From the IMG/VR virus record IMGVR_UViG_3300038558_000079, positions 1 through 64,000 of that record: 64,000 nt of DNA; one strand, written 5' to 3'. Below, piece by piece: positions 59,401 to 64,000 of this stretch. Numbering within the stretch: the first letter of the stretch is position 1; every line of letters begins with the position of its first letter. A program made the position numbers and the translations under genes. Origin of the DNA: a virus. The notes under the pieces were generated by a model. The model worked only from the letters and a program-made list of their open reading frames with translations. It had not been told where the DNA came from and made no database searches.

Positions 59401-60985
59401 TCGTTTTAGCTTCTAAGTTAGCACCAAGCATTCCCTCTTTTTCCGCATCAGTGCTACCTCTGAATTGCGTTAATTTTGCCTGATTTTCAGATAGTACATA
59501 TTTGCTCGCATCTTCACGCTTACCTAAAGACTTTAAATCTTCAATCGCAAAAAGCTTCTGATTACGTTCTGTTTCATTTAACCCCTCAGTGACTTCCTTT
59601 TCCTCGAAAGCGGCTATCTTTTTGGCAGTCAACGCTTTCTGTTTCTGTATCTCAATTAAGCCTGCTTTCTGAGTTTGAATGGCATTTTTAAAATATTCTT
59701 CGCCACGCTCAGTTACACTTTTCCCCATATAGTCAGCTAAATTCCGCTCTAACTGACTTCTGTAAACTTCTAATCCCGCTAACTCATCCTCACTTTGTTT
59801 TCTCTGGACTTCATTTAACCCTTCTCTACTAAGTGATTCCTCATACTCTATTCCTAATTCTTTAGCGGCGGCTTCATTACGTCCGGTTTTAGTAACTCTC
59901 TTGCGTCCGCTTAATAATCTTTTTTCAATCTCAATTTGGTCTTTGCCGATAATAGATTGGACACGATCTATTGATTCATCTATTGTCTTTGCCAGACTTG
60001 ATTCGCTATACCCTTTCTGTATAGCCCGTACTACGGGTGCTTTTGTTATTGCCTCTCTTATCCCTGGAACAATTCGCTCGAAAATTGAACGTCCTACTAA
60101 ATCCAACGAGCCAATCTTAGAAGATAGTGCAGACTCTATAGAATCTGTTAATCCTTCAGAAAACTTAGAAGTAATCATTCTTCCAAAGTTTTCTGACGCT
60201 CCTACAAATATGTTGTCAAAAATACCTCTATTCTTGGTTCTTATTTTCGATGCGGTTGATTGAACTCCTGAACTGTCACTCTTAGTTGCTGAAGTGGTTG
60301 TAGTTGTTCCTGGAGTGCTAGTGTAACTTGGTAATGTAGCTGTTCCCGAAGTGTTACCCGGACTTGGTAGTGTGGCTGTTCCCTGTGGTATGTGCTGCGA
60401 TAACCCTGGTGTTACTGGCGATCGCGATACAGTAGGCGTTAAGAAGCTTGTAGAACCTACTCGGTTGCTACTTTTTTGCTGTGAATTAGTTATATTCTTA
60501 ACAACATTACTAATTTTATCAGATGCGGTATCAAAACTTTTCTCAATACCGTCTTTTAAGGTTACACTTATCTTCTCCCCTTCGCTTTGCTTTATTTCTG
60601 CCTTTACCTTTACCTTTGTCTCTAATTGTTCTGACAATCCTACAATCTGTTTTTTAAAGCTAGCCTCATTAATTGGATCCGTTGTAGTTCTGATTCTTAA
60701 TGGATTCTTCTCAAGCCACGCATTAACATCTTTAACATGTGTACGTTTGGATTCTATATGCTTATTGAGTTGAGTTAATGGGACATCATCAACTTTAACT
60801 TTAACTATTAAGTCTTGGCTTAGTGCTTTTTGAAGACGTTGCCGTTCCTGTGCAATATTGGCATTATCAAAACTAACCCCAAGCTTGACAACTGGAGTTT
60901 TCACACCTGACAACGACCCCAGTCCCTGATAGAAACCACTGAGATCTAACTTTGTGCCAATATCAACTGAGGCAATCCTAACCAT
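47432..60985 (-). CDS. Giant tape measure protein with M23 peptidase, beta-lactamase-fold peptidase and HEXXH domains
   Basis: Tape-measure core QMAGKGKVSAEELRQQLGE; M23 HRGQDY..HLS..GSTG..TGAHLHYE; SPASTIK/SDN/KIG; LIHELTH. Confidence 0.92.
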   Translation of the reverse strand: MVRIASVDIGTKLDLSGFYQGLGSLSGVKTPVVKLGVSFDNANIAQERQRLQKALSQDLIVKVKVDDVPLTQLNKHIESKRTHVKDVNAWLEKNPLRIRTTTDPINEASFKKQIVGLSEQLETKVKVKAEIKQSEGEKISVTLKDGIEKSFDTASDKISNVVKNITNSQQKSSNRVGSTSFLTPTVSRSPVTPGLSQHIPQGTATLPSPGNTSGTATLPSYTSTPGTTTTTSATKSDSSGVQSTASKIRTKNRGIFDNIFVGASENFGRMITSKFSEGLTDSIESALSSKIGSLDLVGRSIFERIVPGIREAITKAPVVRAIQKGYSESSLAKTIDESIDRVQSIIGKDQIEIEKRLLSGRKRVTKTGRNEAAAKELGIEYEESLSREGLNEVQRKQSEDELAGLEVYRSQLERNLADYMGKSVTERGEEYFKNAIQTQKAGLIEIQKQKALTAKKIAAFEEKEVTEGLNETERNQKLFAIEDLKSLGKREDASKYVLSENQAKLTQFRGSTDAEKEGMLGANLEAKTKQLGEVEKQIEAVRERVEKLGGEKQKLEHLLDLVGVKGAKGLEGARILRTLAISEKKEAVGKQREDLNTKLTKAEKVLEASNKKVLKYQEALKNALSDSDDDTILAAKALIEKEVLNRKELENLITNVKADLERLNKQELAFIQRAEASVPLAEATVVKNSGGRNNIAEIQKTISTGNVKNIGTEYKKLFAKLRTLDFSSKEEMASALKLMEAMNAQVTVYEKQADDAIKALERGGKTSGTTKKVKKQPKQYQDVIDEVAAIAGISISPEQIPTLKAFSDEEIEDYKKKGIKATGFYSSENNVLKVQKDVLAQLIKGNATPENLETLIHELTHGMQSDFGKIDLFQELKSARKLLKPTVEDYELDPKLARRVEGSASNFKGDTEREAFSREIEQDAYVFTNRNREKIISNIQRKTSLRNIGQLAGSGGGKLLNDLGKIQVEQYKQLIENNKNATYDTSGTGKLLEAKFDNLYKIFEPYLERLKNIDILPQDELDKLYKDLQVLIEKTTFSASQFANKVHTELLGGSREDLLKQLTGSYTSKDELKNIAKSHGVGSSGTKEQIAARLVNNVDLKKLRSTIPQLTPHQKSIISKTDQLVTTPDALKPHLQGRITAARGALNAIKQEEIPQISFEEIQDDYQTIQELLSRDLEDSVKKYLKGASLQLSGIIKNIEGFVLGDIGTDSLELPEIKIPEIESPIVEQIPEIKVPEIHQQVIKETPINPKLSKDLSFVPDKIAESIEQGTKVVVDDYAKQIDDYDWDSLLAQEAANIDLEDITPDVQTGDIDDWDAKFAQSYGLENLGTGLSQGIEKSIPSAELASIELAQGVTKSAKKELEIQSPSKVFERLGRFVVEGFNKGINAVNTVPSFTEKMVETGKQKVEGIVGNLENRRSISQSNKANANAAAAMSHVYNASANRTTSDIDKAMASFDEHEKQQFEAAQKYLEERQVEYQQLLAKAEASIQSGDELELSQHELESLKVYLENAKLLDKQELKGNVVNTSPLISPEKVQQVTQNAGNKFTNSVGVALADLFGGIAARVRKQTEILKMHTPSLIANLVVSANEAELRGDKEESDRLLVYKDKLVANNNRALELTRKTTITPEETQELQELNIATQDIFKSLNVAVPQVNTFFDALFKGSGIAGILIDGLKGLVGGFLAFKGVQFFQNIITSIAPASIEAAIAMESLERRFLFISNNAQEAANSLAFVRGETARLGTDMKSSMEGYVSLGAATRDTALESQTQKIFSGVSQASTVYDLNSEQQSRVFAAVQQMAGKGKVSAEELRQQLGEVLPGAFNIAARAIGVTTQTLDKMMSQGKLLSEDFLPKFAQQLSAETAMGVKGAANSSVSALINFNNALFQMQATIGKTLLPIKNLLLALGSGAIKFVTENADFLLGVFRALAVMAGVNLFQSFGALTAALMKIPGVASAASAAMGTFQKILGNGDNKLKATQLVDGIGDTLQNIRANPVQSLRSGASNVLSSAKNFGVAMLDNAKGGLSALNGGLLSLQKNGISNIGANFTRGAIGVRAFGKAALINGVAGFIGLASGARALLSALAPMLTMFVVIEVGMKVFEGISAAFKDASGDSRNFADTATESLQKYREALAESRGETEKFKATKLVRDESLLDAMGIGALLPKEIKADANWFDKLRFGTGKAVTGLIESPANLLKKLSGGRVGSTYEDKKLGDNINATSDLSLGVNATTSEALSLLGTKGQGVRELGQLKQYDDQLRQIQTRRAALVAINPQDKAGLKVIDDEQTKILEAREKISKPIGILQSNMQTNVDMLKKEIEKYQKLANEPGRNQAQYKNVLAGLESDLTSAQKAQDKFNRAVGESVNAFSLMQKNIQGVVDKLADAEDKATVAGNTLKSSLYTNSKTQGELQFGLSELDIQQQEAKIKRLLDAQAQTKALLQNKDAQNTLQAYGITENTGRAELKTISEKAGERVNDKYVIDQYAALQERSVEISNLQAGVEQGKYEFNQKLVELNKQIEEYYRSASRQFAESSLEAQRQTSQLKIQSYATDIKTSISGFQDNIVSQFADSVIESIQQLSEAADKQFDVGSAALQANNAFEDSLRQGEELRRQLPGISAKGSIDIPAIPIELDLSKIGIDNKFIDITKAFNNGLLEAKDTIKDSESATNDLTSAFQDVTLGSLDFGDTIQQTVATTEDGIYATQGLGSELLNTTFTASDLGFAIETNTDSINSNNDAVIATNDSLFASLEATGNVTAATINWGTEISNVGGVIENELKVALDSLPLSIQEIIKNTVDWFSTFANNIPILNIIGQIFNSWGQQLESVTQSVVSFRQGAMQTAGNVVQQGIGFVQNALGIGEKPPVGNASQPVFPIAGVTAAQAESRKTSPWGMRRHPVTGQTRMHRGQDYGYGEGTQVVSPMAGVVTGVKYQAGGAGKYVVVESIDEHGRKIEHKFFHLSAYDVVEGQKLNAGDKIGKVGSTGIGTGAHLHYETWINGKNVNPTEFLAGRNGRGLSSAQKGQIEQHHPGDGHNHGGSATQVKQNQSQRQGINASQIASQYGLNSLLVQDVKSGEILGTYNANQAPSSPASTIKLIAADLIHAAIKEGKVSLDQSVTIAKNQVAEGSSIQAGQKVSIRDLMTRMLRDSDNTSFNALVGILGGTEAATAQAQKRGFTGTQIRNYLSIPGATNAFGNTSTPADVTKAMRNLQINQGGAADTARAALGQTRNFGFSGESGGKIGNNSRVTGNVGLANINGRQVIITAYKNQGDSTRNRSQITSASNDVVSQLQGRNTSVSPNIPQRVVNQGGAPKLGKGYEALNELGGQLSQNKYFDPSTAEGRGRLVLALGIGGSEAFEKGTNRRAFYTYKGGTGNNMQGFGQFNNAYHKEIINTPEKYQNFFGQILAGERRLPNSQKGIGDYGSKVIEAVQSGRIKDGADLIRWMQANKLGGSNWQGVDDGWKRNPGLADQLVSYLKGGLPTQQKNTPNNTANVQIPQVANTPVPTVWTPGSIATRGNTAISDVTGRAEQQRDRQVELARQKASNEAAQNTANALRASNKAFLDLERELRQNGIKVSSLSNQVTDTNLEYKGALDNEQKRQQEQRQLETKYTELENSIVEQKRAIESQIGTARVLLSKGGVVSPEMREKVQKLIDDPTIKENLREQLRTALTTGVLGDDGKNILNRAVTEGEDQLKKLTIGLENVRKGREESKKLLDDRFAAEEKARKQQASFDIENASIDTLKAKLDQLQQLKSTAPFSPDVKGIPDLEALISAREEQLNLEKQLKGIQDKEKAKEYTKEEADRLRAEIGERKKILDVTLKQKTENAKLAFLRESEARDREARQELVQAEIANDKVRIEQLKTLAQTNPLSPELANNAIGELEKRVALREAELQLAQELAAIEQAGFEGKRTPEEITKLNAEKQSEYDVKIQNINAQAQQTAFASQISQSKVILSIKEQELQYQKQIVDTTTQAINLGLQQGDPIKLKFEVDKKELEISVEKQILDMKEFANSTGKSQEEIAELELRIRELNNLTLDNLKGEFDKALAQRTETISQRVSGSQVELLETQASFYSNRGMTNKARTLQRDSAILQQQSAYRGQKIELEEFIRTTQVGAIEADKLRQNLEQINQVKLDTVKDNFNAFKPVIDTVQTGLKGFFAGIIKGGQSIEELFNGLMDSILGSVAEIASNYLVEKLFGGLLGGNKNEGQGGMFEQGDSGDTNPLSLLDGGSELGTTPVLPVYVNVVNGNTFGGLNNGTLGSMFGGKEDSTTSFLASTFSGFTGKVDSANPVPVGIIKSAPDALSPITNALGSFFSGKGGFGSIVSGIGSLFSGDGKNSGGGGIGRILASVSGMVGGGGLGGIVGIASSLLGSFFWNGGIVGNYAQGGIIDAIDREKSLNGGRGVAIAALTHGERVLNLAQTQNLDKLGGVDILNFNDGGMVGYVPKTTEYGGSADKVIENASRPKDINVKLETQVINGVEYLTKSQGEDLARKAAQQGAEQGAKYISDRMLNSPSYRATHGI

Positions 60986-61062
60986 AATAATACCGCTTTA
61001 GCTCTCGTTTATGATAGCACGGGTGACTTGGCGGTATTATGGTAGATCCAATGGTTAATGGA

Positions 61063-61348
61063 GTTTAAACGGAAGTACCCCGCTTCGCGGGGTAACTTCC
61101 GGCTGAAAGCATCACCGGATAAGACTTTCCAGAATTGAGGAAAATCATTACATGACTACCAATCGTTGTAACCCTTATGTGGCGGGGATTTCAGCCGTTC
61201 TTGTCATTGCAACCATTTTAGTACATTTTTTTGCGATCGCCACCCATACATGACTACCTACGAAGTAAATACAACAGCCTGAATTTCTTGCTACACAAGG
61301 ATTTCAGCCCACAAAAGTACATTTGTATGGGGTAACTTCCGTTTAAAC
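61063..61348. other. Candidate replication origin: nested inverted and direct repeats
   Basis: gtttaaacggaagtacccc ... ggggtaacttccgtttaaac; local hairpin 61071-61100; direct repeats tacatgactacc and ggatttcagcc. Confidence 0.45.
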
Positions 61349-61537
61349 ATTTAAAGTTGCAAATAGTTCTAGTGTCTTCCCCCTCACTGATGCTTCGCCA
61401 CTAATAGTTCTCGAAACCGTCAATAATTCTGTCCTGAAACCAGCTTCCCTATAGTAATCCTCTAACAATGGAGAATTACTAACCGCTATAGTACATCCTC
61501 GCTTGGCAGACAGCAGTGCTATAAGTTCTAACTGGTG
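61343..61537 (-). pseudogene. dam: 3' fragment of Dam-like DNA adenine methyltransferase
   Basis: HQLELIALL..IAVSNSPLLEDYY..TVSRTISGEASVRGKTLELFA resembles the Dam C-terminus (ISN..Y..V.RSIS..R.K..ELLA). Confidence 0.65.
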
Positions 61538-61552
61538 ACCGGGGTTGTTGAC
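61537..61552 (-). mobile_element. 16-bp remnant of an IscB-type element end
   Basis: gtcaacaaccccggtc identical to 11201-11216. Confidence 0.7.
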
Positions 61553-61579
61553 GTTGTTAACTGTACTGATTATATCAAC

Positions 61580-61608
61580 AGTATACCAGTATCACTAGGT
61601 AATGTCAA
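61580..61608 (-). promoter_or_regulatory. Sigma70 promoter (TTGACATTACC family)
   Basis: TTGACA-ttacctagtgatactgg-TATACT. Confidence 0.75.
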
Positions 61609-63999
61609 CTACCCTTTGATGTATTTCATACCCTTCGCTGCCACATCCTGACGTAATAACTTGAAGGCTAATTTACCGTCGGATAAGAGTGCATCGTCTT
61701 CACATCTTTGGTAATTTGCAAGTAGGTTTTGAATATAAAGGTATGGTGTGTCCACCGCTTTAAATTCTGGGGTGTATTCCTCACCCGATGCGTAGGTTTC
61801 TCGAATTCGTAGCATAGCAATAGTAACCCGTACCATATCTTCAAGTTCTATCTCTGTGAGATTGGTGTTACAGGCTTTGCAGAAAAACTGCAAAGTATTA
61901 GGATTTCCAAGGTCGTTCAATGGGAGTATCTCGTGCAGGGTGATCACCTCTTGAAAGTCGTCAAATACCTGCTTAGGTGTTAAAGTCTCATAATTATTAA
62001 GACCGCTGAGAATAGTCTCTAGAGTACGTCCTGTTGTAGATGCAATAGGTAAAGTATCGAGTGTCATTTGTGGTGTTGAGATTGCTAAGGTTTCTTCATC
62101 CATTATATCATCATTAGATTCTGTTACTACATCAGGTGTCTGATTGTATTTCCGGTCATATCCCGCTAATAAATTCTGACGTGTTACATCAGATAAGAAT
62201 TCAGAGGAAAAGCTGTATGTGTACTGCTTCCCCACTTTCTGAGACGTGAAACTATACCCCAACTTCTCCAATATCCAGGTAGCTAACTTCGCGGCTCTTA
62301 CATCGTTAGTGCCTGCTATTATCTTGGGGAAATTATCGTTAAATTCTGTAGCTAATTCATCCTTTATCTTCGCTGATACCTTATTGACTTTTAGTGCCCA
62401 TTCCTTTAATCCCGGCGTTGAGCTACTAAAAGTTAAGTTAGGATTCTCTAAATCCAATATAGACTCCAATTCCTGAATCTTGAGATACTTCGTTAGTGCA
62501 TGTACTTTATATCCCAGTAGCTTCACATCCTGTAAGCAAAATTCTAATCCTTCCTGGTAGTTTTTAGCATAGCGTTTTAACTTGCTGACATCTAGAGCAG
62601 GTACTAAGTGTGGGTTCTTGTAGAGAAACCAGAGTAAGTTAGCGTGAATTACTTCCCGGTAATTATATTTCCAGTGATACACCATGGATACAGTGCATTC
62701 TGGTTCTAGTATCCCGGTAGAAATGAGTATTTTTGATTTTGTTCCTTGTCGTTGTATTTCCGGGTCACAAGCCATCTGTTCAGCCGAATGAGCCGTTGCA
62801 TAGTCCGTAAAGATTGCCTCTACCGCTGCAACTTTCTCACATGATTCGAGCCGTGTCACTTCTATGGTTTCTTTGATTACTTCGTTGTACGAATTTTTGA
62901 ACCCGTCTGCAAATGTTATTTCATGACCTGCGGCTCTTAATTCGGCTACCATCACGTCGTAAAAATTAGCCCGTGCCCAATTCTGGTTCGCTACAAGTTC
63001 ATAATAGTACCAGCTATGCTTGGGCGACAAGGTAGGATAATCATCCCCTTCAAGGAATTTTTCCAATAACCCTATGAGCGCTTTACCATTAATGTAATCG
63101 GGGTTATCAGTCGCTGTGGAATCTGTAAAATTATTGGCTGTATGTTGCCGCAGCACTTCCTTAATAAGTTGGTCTGCTATCTCTGTTAAGTTGGACTCCT
63201 GACGCTTCTTATCAGCAATCACACCTTCTACCGTAACCGCCCCATGATACTTGCCCTTACTGGCGTATATATTCCAATCAGTGAGATGACGATCGCGTGC
63301 CATCTGCTGGAGGGATTCAATAGGAGTATTAACCGCAAAAAATAGACCATAAGCCTTCTGGAAATACACAGCATCAATCGATAACCCATTAGCTAATGTA
63401 GGCGAAAACATGAACAGATCCGGGGTCTTAGTAAGAATAGACTGATTTAAGTTATTCATCACGCTGCGTGCTTCATCGGTGCGTGATGAGTCGGAATCTA
63501 GCCGGATAACGCTCTTAGGTGTTTTTCCCTGAGACACTAAGGAATCCTGTGCTAGTGATTCTAGAGCCTGTAGATTTTCCTTACTATCTGATGCTACCAA
63601 CGCGGGTACATCAGACTTTACCAGTTGTGCTACTGTTGTCTCGAAAAAACTTGCCTTCTCCTTACCTGTTAATACCACATTTCTCTTTTTGGGTTTTGTG
63701 GTATTAATAAGTACTTTTACAGGTGTGTCTGGCATGAACTGTAGGACATACTTTATCGTACTTTTCCTCAATGTCGCATCACTAAGAATACAGCCGCCAT
63801 TATTGGCATTGGCTAATGCTAATAACTTACAGAGTGCAGATATATTCTCAGCACGCTTGAGACGATGTGTCTCTCCAGTGAGTAAGTGAATCAAACCTGA
63901 TTCACATTCATCTAGTACTAAATGGAAAGGTTGGTCGGTGTTGAATGTTGAGAGTTTGTGAAGTGAATCGTAACACAATCCAATCCGCTTAACACGTCC
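61609..63999 (-). CDS. Replication protein with SF2 helicase-like/origin-binding region (CyRepA-like), 5' end outside window
   Basis: GLCYDSL, LVLDECES, LSDATL, SPTLANGLSID, QQMARDR; frame open to window end. Confidence 0.75.
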   Translation of the reverse strand, partial: GRVKRIGLCYDSLHKLSTFNTDQPFHLVLDECESGLIHLLTGETHRLKRAENISALCKLLALANANNGGCILSDATLRKSTIKYVLQFMPDTPVKVLINTTKPKKRNVVLTGKEKASFFETTVAQLVKSDVPALVASDSKENLQALESLAQDSLVSQGKTPKSVIRLDSDSSRTDEARSVMNNLNQSILTKTPDLFMFSPTLANGLSIDAVYFQKAYGLFFAVNTPIESLQQMARDRHLTDWNIYASKGKYHGAVTVEGVIADKKRQESNLTEIADQLIKEVLRQHTANNFTDSTATDNPDYINGKALIGLLEKFLEGDDYPTLSPKHSWYYYELVANQNWARANFYDVMVAELRAAGHEITFADGFKNSYNEVIKETIEVTRLESCEKVAAVEAIFTDYATAHSAEQMACDPEIQRQGTKSKILISTGILEPECTVSMVYHWKYNYREVIHANLLWFLYKNPHLVPALDVSKLKRYAKNYQEGLEFCLQDVKLLGYKVHALTKYLKIQELESILDLENPNLTFSSSTPGLKEWALKVNKVSAKIKDELATEFNDNFPKIIAGTNDVRAAKLATWILEKLGYSFTSQKVGKQYTYSFSSEFLSDVTRQNLLAGYDRKYNQTPDVVTESNDDIMDEETLAISTPQMTLDTLPIASTTGRTLETILSGLNNYETLTPKQVFDDFQEVITLHEILPLNDLGNPNTLQFFCKACNTNLTEIELEDMVRVTIAMLRIRETYASGEEYTPEFKAVDTPYLYIQNLLANYQRCEDDALLSDGKLAFKLLRQDVAAKGMKYIKG

Positions 64000-64000
64000 T

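Noticed and set aside
47865-60773. Long + strand ORFs within the tape measure (e.g. 49374-50261, 54495-55331) and 32449-33009
   Set aside because: Antisense shadows of real genes caused by codon bias
1-64000. tRNA, rRNA, integrase or reverse transcriptase genes
   Set aside because: No cloverleaf/T-loop consensus or RT/tyrosine-recombinase motifs recognised by eye; tRNAscan was not run

Overview
64 kb of a large siphovirus-like cyanobacterial phage or phage-plasmid. The cyanobacterial host is inferred from frequent HIP1 GCGATCGC sites, cyanobacterial-type TnpBs and a CyRepA-like replication helicase. The window has a head-tail operon (DUF2213 protease, decoration, DUF2184 capsid, connectors, tail tube, G/GT chaperones with a GGGAAAG frameshift, tail tip, terminase, portal), a 4517-aa multi-enzyme tape measure, an unsplit DnaE, an intein-containing class II RNR and a PD-(D/E)XK exonuclease. 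Tail-tip genes are scattered rather than clustered. The non-coding DNA is the most unusual part. (i) Ten copies of a palindrome, GCTTCCGACATGTT-N24/25-AACATGTCGGAAGC, sit in mosaic cassettes, mostly upstream of consensus sigma70 promoters and at gene-order breakpoints. (ii) Two promoter-driven, ORF-free, highly structured RNA candidates are present, and one folds completely only when the inserted TnpB element is removed. (iii) A set of IS200/IS605 elements shares one hairpin: TnpA+TnpB, TnpB alone, an orphan IscB-type omegaRNA inserted at a start codon, two 48-bp single-hairpin mini-elements, and a remnant fused to a dam pseudogene. All assignments are from motif reading; no database searches were run.
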